Source: the human T2T-CHM13v2.0 reference genome, Homo sapiens. Taken from it: a stretch of DNA of 64,000 bases. Shown one piece after another: positions 41,456 to 55,471 of the stretch. Position numbers and translations under genes: made by a program. The stretch lies in assembly GCF_009914755.1 (NCBI RefSeq), contig NC_060925.1, one strand, 5' to 3'. The first letter of the stretch is position 1. Each line of letters starts with the position of its first letter. The notes under the pieces were generated by a model. It had not been told where the DNA came from. It searched no databases and saw only the letters and a program-made list of their open reading frames with translations.

Positions 41456-42267
41456 TTCCTTTTGGTATTTTTACTGGAAAATGTAAGTGTCATAGAATAA
41501 GAGAATGCTGATACAACTTCATGATGTTGATTAGTCCTATCTAAGAATGCGATATGCCTTTCCATTTACTCAAGTCATCTTTTGGGTTCCTCAGCAGCAT
41601 TTTAGGGTTTTTAAAAAATATTTTGTATACTCCTAGGCATTTTATCTTTCTCATCATCTGTTCTTCCAACATATGCCCCAACTGGTTGCCACTGTAAAAT
41701 ATGAAGGCCATTGATTTTTGCATACTAATTTTATAGCTGGTCACATCATTGAATTATCTTATTTTTGATAATAGTTTTTAGTTGATTCTCTTTGGTGTAC
41801 AAGGTATACAGTCATATCTTCTGCAATCAATAATTTTAATTTCCCTTCTCAATTTTTATATAGTTAAATTATTTTTTCTTACTTTATTGCAGCAGCTGGT
41901 ACCTACAGAACAAAGCAATGTAATAATGAAAATATTGGATGTCCCAGTCTTGTTCCTGACTTTAATGGGAATGCTTTTAGTATTTCCTCATTAGGAGTTA
42001 AGATGGATATATTTTATCATGCTAAGAAGTAGCTGTTCTTATTTCATAAGAGTTTAAAGAAATTAAGAATGATTGCTGATTTATGCAGATAATCTATGCT
42101 TAAATCCTCTAATATGGTAAATTAATAGATTTTCTGACACTAACCTCCTAGCATTTCTTAAACTCCACTTGACAGATATATTATTTTTTTTCTGCGCTGC
42201 CAGATTCTGTATGCTACTGTTTTACTTAGAGTTTTTGCAGTGAAATTTATAAGTGAGATTGTTCTTT

Positions 42268-42298
<31 letters not shown>

Positions 42299-42412
42299 AT
42301 ATGTATGTGTGTGTATGTATGCGTGTGTGTGTGCGTGTTTGTATGTGTGTATATATGTGTATGTGTGTGTATGTGTATGTGTGTGTGCATGTGTGTGTGT
42401 GTGTGCGCGCGC
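42268..42412. repeat. Compound (TG)n/(TATG)n microsatellite ending in (CG)n
   Basis: ~145 nt of near-perfect purine-pyrimidine alternation. Confidence 0.93.
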
Positions 42413-43782
42413 ATTCTTTCAGTTGGGTATTAGTATTAATGTTACACTAGCTTCATAAAAAATCTAGAAACTTTCCTTCTTTTTCTGTGCCCTGTAACAG
42501 TTTAAATAGCACTAGAGAGATCCATCCCTTAAAGATTTGGTTGAATTCCAGGGTGCCGACCTCAACCTGCTGCTGGTACCTGGGAAGTGGGTCTCGATGA
42601 CTCAGATAATTCTGTGACCTGTGCAGTTGGTCCAGCAGGACAGTTTCAGGGTGCTGACCAATTTCAGAGGTGCAGACTCCCAGGTCCTCTCTCCCACCAT
42701 CCTGGATCTCCATGCTGGGCGGGCCTACAAACATTCCAAATGAAAAGGGCACAGTGAAGCTGGGTGGGCAGACACAACCCAGGGCAAATAGGGCTGGATT
42801 TGGAGGAGAGCATTTCCTCGGGCTGGCCTTAGGTGTATGGTAGACTGCTGAGGTTGGGCTGGGCTCTGAGCACCCTTTACCTACCTTCCCTCTCTGGGTA
42901 GTTGGGTCTGCCCAACCCACCATCTACAATGGTAGCCTGCTGTTCTCTCTGTCTTTGGGTCTCCAGGTGGTCATGAGGCCTCTGCCTTTTCACGGTCATT
43001 TTACCATCTGCTGTGGCACTTTGTGACCAGTGACCAGCCACACGTGGGCAGCCTCCAATCATTTCTGTGTCTTGGCCAAGGATGCTTCTTGCCGACACTC
43101 CTAAACAGTACGTTATAAGCTGCAGGTACTTCTCCCCACCTCCTCCCCGCCCTCCCTGCTGCTCCCACCCCTTTAGGCCTGCTGGCACAGTTTAATTTCC
43201 AGCCCTGGTATTTCTTCCTAGCCCGTGACAACCTCAGGTGGAAGCAATTTCACCGTCTTGTAACTCACCAGGTCATTATAATTAGTATCCGGGCACCCAG
43301 GGCGAGGGTGGAAGGAAGGAAAGGAAGAGTTGATCCAGCCAGGCGGAGAGCAGCCTTTGTAGGGCTGGGGGCTGGGCACCACTTTCTCCAGCTCCAGCTT
43401 GTAACTCAGATTTTCTCAGGGCTCTGATTCCACCAGCACCCACCTCCCCTCTGTGTGTGTCGGGTGGGAATGGATGAGGAATCAGGACTCTCTGGCCTGA
43501 ATGAGGGACCCAAGAGCCTACACCTGAGGCTGGGGTGGGATAAGGGGCCCTGAAAGGAGAGGGCACAATACTTCCCACCTCCCCCTGCCCTAAAGGACCC
43601 AGTATTCCACCATGCCACCCCTCCCTGCCTCTGGGTCCTTCAGAACCAAAGCCTACCAGAACTGGTGATGGTGGCAGTGGGGTAGACATGGGTATAGCCC
43701 AAGGCACTGCCAAGAGTCTGTGTGACTCCCAGAGAAGCTCACAGGGTGAGGAAATATGACTTATCAGGCCACAAAATTTCTC

Positions 43783-44400
43783 ATGTTGGTGAGGGTTTTT
43801 TGATTGCAACAGAAATGGACATAAGCAAGAAAGAGGGTTTATGGTCAGGATGTTGGGCTGTTTGTCTCAAAGTTAAGAGGAGATCAACCAGCTTGGGAAG
43901 AGTCAGGACTGAGGTAGCCCCAAGGAACCCAGAAATAGAAAAGGGTGGGTCTTCAGCTTATGCAGCTAGTGGGAATCAGTTCCCATAACACCCAGTCTCT
44001 GCGTTTCCAAGTGAAAAGTTCAAATTCCTCATAGAGACCCATTTATTCATTCAATATTCATTGAACCCTCTGGGGCTGAGGGTCCATTTGACCAACTGCA
44101 GAGGTCACAGAATCAGTAGTGAGAATCAGTTCCCATAACCCTAAGTCTCTGTGTTTTCAAGTGAAAAGTTCCAAATTTCTCATAGAGACCCATTTATTCG
44201 TTCATTTGTTCATTAAATATTCATTGAGCCCCTACTGTGTGGTAGGCAGAATTCTGGGCACTAAGGATACAGCAGTGATCCAAGGAGACAAAAATACTTC
44301 TTTTGCATCCTACGTTGTAGTGGGGGCAGAATCTGATTGGCTCGGTTTGGGTTAGGTGTCCACCTCTAAGCCAGTTGGCTGTGGTCAGGTGGGGTTCATG
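43783..44400 (-). mobile_element. Old MLT1 (K/L-like) remnant with an L2 3' end at ~44190-44325
   Basis: GGGTTTTTTGATTGCAACAGAAA and AATCTGATTGGCTCGGTTTGGGTTAGGTG (MLT1 antisense); TTCATT..ATTGAGCCCCTACTGTG..GGATACAGCAGTGA (L2 antisense). Confidence 0.55.
43967..44231. repeat. ~100-bp direct duplication with a templated 48-nt spacer
   Basis: 43967-44068 vs 44117-44231; spacer matches 45589-45616 (+) and 42609-42632 (-). Confidence 0.92.
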
Positions 44401-45879
44401 ACCTGGGAGTGGATTCCACTACAATGATCAAATAGCTTTTTAAGACACAGATCAGCTCTTGATTGACACTGCAGAAAGCAGGCAGTGGGCTTCTGAGAAA
44501 CAAGGCATGGTTGAGTCCATTCAGTCACCGAGACAGCAAGCATTTGCTCTGGGCAGCCTGGGTGTTCCCCAGGAGCAGCTTGTTCATCCCGTGTACCTCA
44601 GGCTCTCTGGATCCTCCACTTCCAAGCAGGAGGAGTGGGGCTGGGGAAGGTCCTCCCACACCATCAGTTTTCTCCCTGCACCAGACCTGCCTCTCCAGGA
44701 CCTGTGGGAGAGGGTTGGACTTCTCCCCCTTCCGGTGTCCTCTGTACCTGCCCTGACTGGAAGGTTCCACAGACAGGGATCAGGCTTGCTCTTTCTGCTG
44801 TCCGCCACGGCAAGAGCCAGCCCAGGGGCAGTCGTGGTGAGGGTTGTGACGTGTCTGTTCCCCACACTCCATCTCTGACCATCCCATACCCCTAGGGACC
44901 CAATCTGTTTAGTTCACTGGCCCTCCCCTGATTCTGCAGCTCAGAAAGGAGGCTCACAGGTCCTTTGCTCCCCCTTCTCTTCCAAACCCTGGGTTTTCCT
45001 GCCTGAGCCTTGGGAGCCTTGGCTTAGCTGTGCCTGGTTTCAGCAGAAAGTGCCTGGGATGGCTGTGTGGACTCTCCAGGAAATTCCCGAATCAATCACT
45101 GGGGGCTTCCCACTTCAGACCCAGTCTGTAAGGTCCAGGGCCACCAACCCTCCTGGTCTGGAGCCTTGTAAGGGGACCGTTGATAACAATACCATTATTC
45201 TCCTTAGCTGGGGGCAGGCTGAACCCTCACTGAAGCAGGCTTGCCATTAGAACCCTGCAGAAACAAAGTAATAGCCTGCACAGAAAGCCATTTGTAATGT
45301 TGCTATAATTCCCATGATTCATTAAACAGGAATGGAAAATGATAACATTTCCCCTGGAAAAAAACTCCTCCTGGAGTCGCATGCTGGGTTCGCTTGGCTC
45401 AACTATTTTATTGACTAAGCATCTTGTTGTGCTGATGTGAAGAGCACACAGGCCCAGCACCATCTAGTTTTACATTCCCTGAAATGGAAACAGGGGAGGG
45501 GGTCCTGCCAGGGCCTGGAATTGACCTTGGAAATGGAACCTCTACACTGTTTGGGTGGCCATCTGGTATCACCTGCAGGCCTGGACTTTCTGGGGCCGAG
45601 GGTCCATTTGACCAACGCCCCTTCAGCATCCTCTCCTCCAGGAGGGGTGCAGCATGGGAGGGTTGGGTCTGCCTGTGTCAGAGCTCTAAGCTGGCATTGC
45701 TCAGCCCCGTGGGATGCCTGCCTTGGGAAATGCCATGCAGTTTCCCAGCCATCCTACACACGTGACCTGTGATGCCCAACGGCTCCCTCATCTCCTCCTT
45801 TTCCTTTAAATGGTCTCAGACCACCAGGCCCTCCAGAGTCCCCGACAGAGAGGCCTCTGACACCCAGCTTGCTTCTGGC

Positions 45880-46545
45880 TCCTCTTCTCCCTCCGCTACT
45901 GCTGCCCTAGTTGAGGCCTTACCATCTCCTGCCCACCCAGCCATGCCATGCTCTGCTACTCAGCTGCTGTCCCCAGTCTCCCCAGTGAGGCCTCTATACA
46001 GTGGCCAGAGCGATTGTTCTAAAAAGCAAATATGACCATGTTTACCATCTTGCTTAGAAGCTTGGCGGGCTCCCCACTCTCCCATGGGCTCTATCCAGAA
46101 TGCATTGTGTGGCATTCAGGTTTGTTTCCAAATTGGCCTCAGTTGACCTTTCCAGCATTATCTCCAGCCACTTCCCACCCTTGCCCCACCATGCTCTCCA
46201 GGCTTTAGCAAGCCCTCATGGTCACATGGGGCCCCCAGGCCACATCATATGTGTTCGGGCCTTTTCTTTGCTATTCCCTCAGCCTAAAATGCTCTTGCCT
46301 TCCTTCGTTTCTTGGGAAATCCTGGCTTCCTCCTGGAACAAGCTGCTCCTGTAACTTTCCCATCACAGTTAATGGTGCTGCTCCCTTCTGGTTGTTCAGC
46401 TCCAAACCTTGGTGTCATCCCTTTCTCCTTTCTCTCAGCCTCTGGGTCCCTGTGTCTGACCTGTCACCAAATCCTGCTGGCTCTAACTTCTAAAGATAGC
46501 AAGACTGTGACTGTTTCCCAGCACCAACTTCCTGGGGCGTGCCTG
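45880..46545 (+). mobile_element. L2 fragments
   Basis: GCCAGAGCGAT..CTAAAAAGCAAATATGACCATG; AAACCTTGGTGTCATCC..CACCAAATCCTG. Confidence 0.7.
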
Positions 46546-48042
46546 GATTCTTGTGGCCAATACAGAGTACAATGCAGGTACATTGCCGCTGTGGGCACTT
46601 GGAGCTTAATTCTGCTGGACACAATGTAGAACATGTCTTGAAATTGTCCCAATCAAGGGGCGAAGAAACTGGGGTGTTTGTTCACCAGCTCACATCAGTC
46701 ATTGGCCATCACTCACTTTGAGCACTTCCACCCGGCCCTGTGTATGGTTGGAGCATCCACCAGCCAGCTGGTCACTGGGGTTGCAGTGAGCTGGGGGAAC
46801 ATGGACAGGGCCCTGGCCACATCTGCTCTATTGCAGGATAGGTCCCGTCTGCCTCTGGCATTTCTTCTCTGGGCGCTCGTGTCCTGATGCGTGCATCCCC
46901 TGGCCTCTCTGTCACCCCCATCGCATTGGCTCCACTCCCGCAGCTCTTCTCCCCTCTCTCTGGCCTGCTCCCTGCACAACCCAGTGTTGCCGTCCCTGAT
47001 CTCTCCCATCCAGCTCCCCAGCAAGTTTTCCAGCTCCTGTCTCTGCTTGCTCCAGGCCATCTCTTTCCCCTCATGCTGCCAGCACAGGCTTTCAAAACTC
47101 CCCTGTTGCAGCACTTCTCATGCTGCACAAGTGCTGTCAGGTTGACGCGACCTGCTCACCAGTTGATGTCCTCTGTAGTCTGAGCTCAGGAGGGTGAGAT
47201 CTGAGGATCCTGCCCGAGTCACTTAGTAGGTGCTCAGTAAATGTTGATTGCACTGAACTGGCAATGCAAATTCAATCATGTCTCTCCCCAGCTTAATAGC
47301 CTTCACTGGCTCCCCAGTGTCTCTAGTGGAGAGCCCAAACTCCTCAGTCTGATGTACAAGGTCCAGCATTGCCTGTCCCTGCTGACCTCTCCAGATTCGG
47401 GTTCCAGAATGTTCTCTCCCAGGCCTCCATCTGCCCATGCAGGAGCCTCGTGCATTCCTTCCTTTCCTTGATTCTAACAGGGTAACAGACTCAGGGTCTG
47501 CAGGGGTGAAGCAGGCTGGGTGTATGGCAGCAGGGAGTGGCGGTGACTACAGCGAACTATTGAGAGCTCATGTCCCACCTACCAACATTTATGTTCCAAT
47601 GCTTAGAGAACTTGGTGCCTGTCAACCCAGCCAGGCTCTGCCCATGCAGCCTGTTTGTTGGCAGTACCCTCCTCCTGCCTTCCTCTTGTGAAATCTGGCT
47701 CCCCCTTCAGAGTCCAGTTCCAATATCACCACCTCCATGAAGTCTGCAAGGATTTTCCAGCTGGAAGGACTCTGTCTACTCTGTGCTGTCACAACCTTTG
47801 GAATGTCTAGTAGACTATGTGTGTTCCTTTTTAAAAAATTGAGCACTTATCCTGTATAAAGCCTCATCCAGGGGACTTCTACGTACTTTATCTCATTTAA
47901 TATATGTTTTTCATTTAATATTTTTGTGACTGAGAAATTCAACACATACACAAAAAATACCTAATATGTAAATGTACAATATAACAAGTAATGATAATGA
48001 AACTCTCCATGTAAACACCACCCAGGTCAAGAAATAGAACTT

Positions 48043-48482
<440 letters not shown>

Positions 48483-48493
48483 TCACTCATGAC

Positions 48494-48685
48494 TACAGTG
48501 CCAGATTTAGCAAATAAAAATACAGGATGCTCAGTTTAATGTGAAGTTTAGATACATACTGAATAACTTTTTAGCATAATTATATCCCAAATACTGCATG
48601 GGGCATACTTATCCCAGAAAGTTATTTGTTGTTTATCTGAAATTCCAATTTAACTGAATGTCCTGTGTTTTAACTGTCCACCTTA
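48494..48685. mobile_element. MER53 palindromic MITE
   Basis: GCCAGATTTAGCAAATAAAAATACAGGA..TCCCAAATACTGCATGGGGCATACTTAT..TTTATCTGAAATTC. Confidence 0.9.
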
Positions 48686-48761
48686 TGGCTCACATTGCTT
48701 GGTCTTTCTTGTGTGGTGGTCATTTGAGTCTGTGCCTGTCCTTTCTCTCCTGAGGCTCTTA

Positions 48762-49270
<509 letters not shown>

Positions 49271-49449
49271 AGAGAAAGGAGATGAAAAGCAGTTGAGTCT
49301 CTCCGTCTCTTCCACTTTGACCCCTGTCCTAGCCGTGGCTGTCTGTTCCTGAGACTCAAGCTCACTCTCTGAGGACCAGCTGGGGTGGCGGGATCTGGGG
49401 TTCCTGATCTGAATGTGGCCCTCTACCCCAGGAGCATTGAGGGTCTTAG

Positions 49450-49620
49450 AGGTGAGGAGTATTGTTCCCATTACGTAGATGAGAAAACTGAGGCTCAGCA
49501 GGGTGAAGTGGTTTGCCAGAGCTGGTTTGTTTGTATTTATTTATATTTGAATGGGATTTTCACAGCTCGGTGGAAGTAGGATTTAGTTCCAGGTCTTTCT
49601 GACTCTTGTTCTGTCCAGCT
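49450..49620 (-). mobile_element. MIR
   Basis: AGATGAGAAAACTGAGGCTCAG..GGTGAAGTGGTTTGCC. Confidence 0.75.
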
Positions 49621-51254
49621 CCCTCTCCTGCCCCATGACTGTGGATTCCCAGTCTCCATATCTCTTCCTGGAGAGAGAAATGAGTCTTGGGCTGGTGGTG
49701 CTTGGGATAGGGAAAGTTGGAGGCTGTTCCCACAGACTTCAGTGGGGAGGGTCTAGGGACACTGGGCTGCTCTCAGTCACAGACACTCCTGGGTAGGAAC
49801 TCCAGGGGCCTAACTGCCCCCACCCATGCGCTTCGGGGTAGGCAAGGGGGTGGGCTGGCTAGGGGCTGGCTTCTTTGCTGTTGATGTTTCAGGGCAGACC
49901 CCAGGCTCAGATTGTTGTCATTGCTTCAGTCTTATTTCACCTCATTAACAAAAAAAACCAAGTCATTGATCAGCTTCCACTTACTGTGTAGCTGGGCCAA
50001 TTGCAACCAAGTCATTGCTGTTTGGCTTTGCAGCTCTGCTAGCTCTGCTAGCAGCCTCAGGGCCCTCTGTCTGCTTCCTAGGATATGCTCAGGGCCTTGG
50101 CCATGCACCAGCCCCAGCCCTGGTGTCAATCTCAGTCCCAGTTCCAAAGTCAGCTCAACCCAGTTCCATCCCCAGCCCCAGGCCCAGTCCATCTCTAGCC
50201 TCCAGGGGTCTGATGGCTCCGGGATCTCTGGCCACAGTAGCCCAAGAACCTTGGGCTCACTTTCTCTGGGTTCATCTGAGGACTCACTCTGCCTCCTCAG
50301 TCCCACCACACAGCAGCCAAGTCTGCAAACAGGAGACTGCTGACTGCTGTGTCATCCCTGCAAGGGTCTGTCTGTGCACCCTGAGGCCGCTTCCAGCTAG
50401 CTCTGCCAGGGTGCTTTCAGATTCCCAGCCTTCTCTGCAGGCGGAGGGGCTGGAGCTGGTCCGGGCATCCTCCTGGTGTGAAGGTCACCTCTCATCCGCA
50501 GCAGGCTGCCTTGTGATATTGCCCTGACGACCAGGGCAGCACTGGTGCCTGGGTGGTGTGTGGGTGTGGATGCGAAGACCTGAATGTGTGCACGTCTATG
50601 TCGTGTCTGCATGTGCTTCTGCACCTGCACTGCTCAGCGCACACCTGGGTTCCTATCTACTCCTGAGTCCCAGACATAGGAGGGACACACACAGTCTCTG
50701 GGGAGACTGGAGTGTACCCAGAGAAGAGGTGGGAGGGAGCAGAGAGGGAAGATGCTGGGCACCGTGGAGGGCAGGCTCCATGGTCGCTGAGCTGTACCAG
50801 CTCTGGGTACAGAGGGCAGTTCTCTTTACCCAGCTCAGGGTTGTGGGCGGAGATGAAGTGTGTCCTGGGCTAAGACCACTGTGGCCTCCCATCTTGAGCT
50901 GTTCCCTGGTAACCAGAAGCCGTGAAATGAGGTGTTTCAGTTCCCTGAGCCAGAAATGGGCAAACCACAGGGAGGGTGATTTGCTTTTCAGATACAGCTG
51001 TTCTGGCCACAGGCTATGCACCTGAGCAGCCACTGCTCCCCACCCTATCCAAAATGCTGGCTGGCCTGAGCCAGGGAGGCCTGGGCAGGCTTGGGCACAC
51101 AGCCCCCTGCTCATCCCTAAGCCCTGGGAAAAATGAGGACAGGTACACCATCCCATCCCCCAGCTCCCACAGACCTGAGGACCCTGTGGCCTCCCACGAC
51201 CTGGGCAGCCCCAACCTCAGGGCATCAGCATGTCACTTCTACTCACTCAGACAA

Positions 51255-51560
51255 TGGGTATTTATTAAGCACTTCCTTTGATTTAGGTCTTTTTCTGGGT
51301 GCTGGGGAACATAGCATATAAAAACCCTTGTACTCCTAGAGCCATCATTCTGGGAGGCGGGGGAGATGGACTACAAAAATTAATAAGTGAAATAGAGAAT
51401 ATGTGAGACGTGACAAGTTTCAGGAAGAAAAATGAAGCTGGGATGCAGGGTAGGGAGTGTTAAGTGTTGCAACTTTAATTAGCAAGGCCCAGGGAAGAGA
51501 TGTGAGCCAGGACTCAAAGGAGACACGAGAGGGAGTTGTGCAGGTTCCTAGGGGAGGAGA
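51255..51560 (-). mobile_element. L2 fragment
   Basis: TATTTATTAAGCAC..CTGGGTGCTGGGGAACATAGCA. Confidence 0.65.
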
Positions 51561-52277
51561 GGGCTAGGCGGGTGCTGGCTGATTCCCCTGGCTTGAGGGC
51601 ACATGGTGAGGTGAGACTCCTCTGTTGGGGGTTTAGAGCTGGAGAGTGAGTGATAAAATCAAAGACCGACAGATTCATCATCTCACAACCATGTACTGAG
51701 CGATGTTACCCGCCATGATCTTTTCCAAACATCTCCGCAATGCTGTCTCAAGAATTTCATGATAACCCTGGGAGGTCCGGAGTAGGATTATTCCAATTGA
51801 ATAGAAGAGGGAACTGAGGCTCGAGGAGGTCACATGTCTGTTCAAGGTGACAGACTGAGCCTTGATTGGAATCCAGATGGGTCAGACCCCTAATCCTATG
51901 CTCTTAATACATCATAGTCTCTTGAAAATGAGAATAAAAGAGCTACCATTTCTTACACCTAGCCCCACTTTGGGGAGATTTGAATTTAGTCACCCATGGT
52001 TTCCTCTGGAAGGTAACCCCTAGAGTAGAACTTTCTGGGTGCTTGCTTCTTCCTGAATTTTCCCTTTCTCTCCACATTTAGGGGTTCTTTTTTTCCCATG
52101 GACCATGCACACTTGGGCTGCTTGGAGTCTCTGTGGGTCCACACCAAAGTCTGCCTACCATCTTGCTTCCCCCAAGAAGTCTTTCCTGATTGAGCCTTTG
52201 ATACCTGGTGGCTGCCTGTCTCTCTGCCCAGTCCTGACATCAAATAGCTCCCTGGCCCTATTTTGCTACTTGCCTCC

Positions 52278-52661
52278 TGTAATGGGCTGAACTGTGGCCT
52301 CTTCCCAACCAAATTCACATGTTGAAGTCCTAACTGCAGAATGTGACTGTATTTGGGGATAGGGTCTTCAAAGTGATTATTATGGTAAAATGAGCTCATT
52401 AGGCTGGGCCCTAATCCAGTATGACTGGAGACCCTATAAGAAGGGAAGATTAGAATGCAGACACCTACAAAGGGAAGGCCTTGTAAAGACACAGGGAGAA
52501 GATGGCTCTCTACAAGCCAGGGAGACTGGCCTCAGAAGAAGTCAGCCCTACCCACACCTTGATCTTGGACTTTCATCCTCCGGAACTGTGAGAAAATAAA
52601 TGTCTGTTCTGTTGTTTAAGTCTGTGATACTGTGTTATGGTAGCCCTAGCAAACGAAGACA
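52278..52661 (+). mobile_element. MLT1B-like MaLR LTR
   Basis: TGTAATGGGCTGAA..ATGTTGAAGTCCTAAC..GGGCCCTAATCCA..GAACTGTGAGAAAATAAA..GCCCTAGCAAACGAAGACA. Confidence 0.9.
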
Positions 52662-53487
52662 CTGCCTTCTCCCTTTCTCAAACCCCTGCTCTGGATGGGA
52701 GGGCAATGCCTCCTGGGCTACCTCCCCGATGCTAGGATCACAGCAAACCCCTACCTCTGTGTTATCGGCCCTGGTCCCAGGGAATAGAGGTCAAGGCTTG
52801 CTGACATCCCATCCACCGACAGCCCGTCAAAGTAGCATTCCCCCAGCTGACACTCCAATATGCAGCTCTTCCACCACACTGCCCTTCTGACACACAGGCG
52901 TTCTGCCACCCTGTCATTCTGATGTGCTAGCCATCTGCCTCGCTAACATTTTGCCACAGCAAAATTCCACGGAACTGACATGGAGAAACAGACTTTGGCC
53001 GCAGCTGCATCCTGCCACGCTGCGTCTTGCCCCCTGGATGCTCTTGGGGCTTGAATATACTGACCCCTCCACATGCTGACCTTCCTGTTGGAACGTCAGG
53101 GTTGGTCAACCCTTCAATTTCACTGACTAATGAGCATATTGTTCATCTCTCTTTCTCCGTGTGTCACTAACATGTTCCAGCCGCCTGCCCACCACCCCAT
53201 AATCCGTTCTGCTTGTCCTCACTGTAGCCCTCTGCACAGACCTTGCCCCATCCTGCTCCCATCCCCTCAGGCCATGTCCCCACTCCCTCCCCCTAAGTGC
53301 CCCCATGAGGCCCCAGTACACTAGACAGGCCTCAGGCTGCTCACACCACCTTCTGGGGAAGCGTTCGCCCCCATCGCCTGCTGGGCATGCAGAGGGCCAC
53401 AGGAGCTGCCCCAGCTCACAACCAGCCATAAATGGGCACTTTATGTAAGACAGGCCTTTCCATAGTTTGGTCATGACCCATTGAATT

Positions 53488-54274
53488 GCTTTTAGTCACA
53501 ATGCTTCTGACACCAAATGCGTGGTGTCTTCCAACACCAGTAATTGTTTCTCTGATTCTCTGGGCACCAACTGGGTGTCTAACAATTTAATTCAATTCTG
53601 ACAGTATCTACCAGGAGTTAATGTCAGACCCCACAGGTTAAAGGACTCCTTCCTACAAGACTGCCCCACTTCAGATGCCAGTTGCAAGTTCTGGTCCTCC
53701 TGTACTTCTTACTGACTGGCTATAAATTGGGGGTTCCTTTGACCTCCACCTCAGGTTTGATCCCTTGCCAGCATGGCTCACAGAACTCAGAAAGGCATTT
53801 TACTTATGTTTACCAGCTTATGATAGAGGATACAACTCAGGATACAGCATCCGCGTGGAAAAGATGCATGGGGCAAGGTATGGAGGAAATGAGCGTGGAG
53901 CTTCCATGTCCTCTCCGGTGTGTCACTGTCCTGGCATCTCCCAGCAACCTGGGGTTCTCCAAACCCAGTCATCTAGGGGTTTCTATGGAGGTATAATTAG
54001 GTCGGCATGATTGATTAAATCATGGCAGTTGGTGATTAAACTCCCCTTCCCAGAGTTCGGGGGTGGGGCTGAAATTTCCAACTTTCTAATTATGCCTTGG
54101 TCTTTCTGGGGACCAGCCCCTTTCTGAAGCTAGCTAGGGGTCTCCAGCCACCAGTCATCTAATTAGCATACAAAAGACACTCCTTTCACTCTGGAGATTC
54201 CAAGGCTTTTGGGAGCTGTGTGCCAGGAGCTGTGACAAAGACCCAAGTATTTGTTTTGGTATCAAATCCATCAC
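53488..54274 (-). mobile_element. MER21-like LTR
   Basis: CTTCTGACACCAA, AATTCAATTCTGACA, CAAGACTGCCCCCACTTCAGATGCCA, GGCATGATTGATTAAATCA, TTAGCATACAAAAGACACT. Confidence 0.88.
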
Positions 54275-54419
54275 TTGTGTAATTTCAACAAATCCCCTTT
54301 TCCCTGAAGTAAGGAATGAGTCTGTCTGCAGCCACGGAAAGACCCCCAGCTAGTCTCCTTCTTATACTGACTTTAGTGTCTCTTTTAGCCTTTTCTCGCT
54401 GCCCCATATCTACCCCCTG

Positions 54420-54570
54420 CAACCCTGGAATCCTGGATTTTAAACTCAGCTATCTGTGTATTAGCTGTGTGACCTTGGGCCAGTTCCATTGCCAATCTGA
54501 GTTTCAGTTTCCTCATCTGCAAAACAGAGACAGGAATAGCAGTATCCACCCCACAGGGTTGCTGTGAGAC
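54420..54570 (+). mobile_element. MIR
   Basis: TAGCTGTGTGACCTTGGGC..TCAGTTTCCTCATCTGCAAAA. Confidence 0.85.
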
Positions 54571-55471
54571 CCCAGTAGGCTCAGAAGGATGGAGTCACAT
54601 GGTCCAGGCCACACAGAGAGGGCAAGAGATCTGCAATTCAAACCCATGCCTGTGTGACTGCAGAGTTCATGCCCAATGAACTCTACCTTCACCCTGAGCT
54701 GCTCCATTTTCAAGGTTTGGGGTTCTATAACCCCCCTTTCTGAGCAGAGCTTGTCTCTTACCCTCTCACTTCCTAGAGATGTCTCTTGGGGGCCTACAGT
54801 CATTGAATGTGCCCCCTGCCCCTAATCAGGGTCCATCAGACCAGGTGTTTGTCTCAAGATTGGCCACATCGTTATCTCCCACACCCTAGGACCCCTTGTC
54901 TGTTACCTTTCTGTCCCTGGGCCAACCTGAGGAAGACCTGGAACTGGTGAATGAGTACTGAACTTAGAGTCAGGTTCAGGGATTCAGGGCTGCATGGCCT
55001 TGGGCAGCTTGCCTAATGTTTCCGGGCATTTGTAGGTGTGGCTGATCATGCCTCCCATGCATTAGATGAGATAAGGGGTAGAAGATACTTTACAGACTTC
55101 AAAGTGCATGCAGGGGCTGCTGTGCATCCCACACAGTCACATGCTCCACTTTGAGCTGGGTTAGGGCCTGGACCCCTGAACTGCTCAGGGATCCATCACT
55201 CATCTATGAGGAACTCCTTCTCAGAGGGGAAGTGGTTTCATGTCGCTGGATCAGGGGCTCCCAGGGGATAGGCTATGTCTGAGCTATCCTGTATCCAGCC
55301 TCATTCTGCACAGGGTCTGACATGGGTCAGAGTAGTGTTTGTGGGTTTGAGTTTCAGCTCTGTCACCAACTTTACAACCTTGGACAAATCATATCACCTT
55401 TCTGAACCTCTGTTTTTTTGTTTAAATGTATTCTTAGTTTGTTGTGAAGATCTATCAAGAGAGTGTATGAG

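Noticed and set aside
49912-51156. Cluster of overlapping 125-170 aa ORFs
   Set aside because: Open on both strands in GC-rich sequence, with no homology I recognise and no coherent exon structure.
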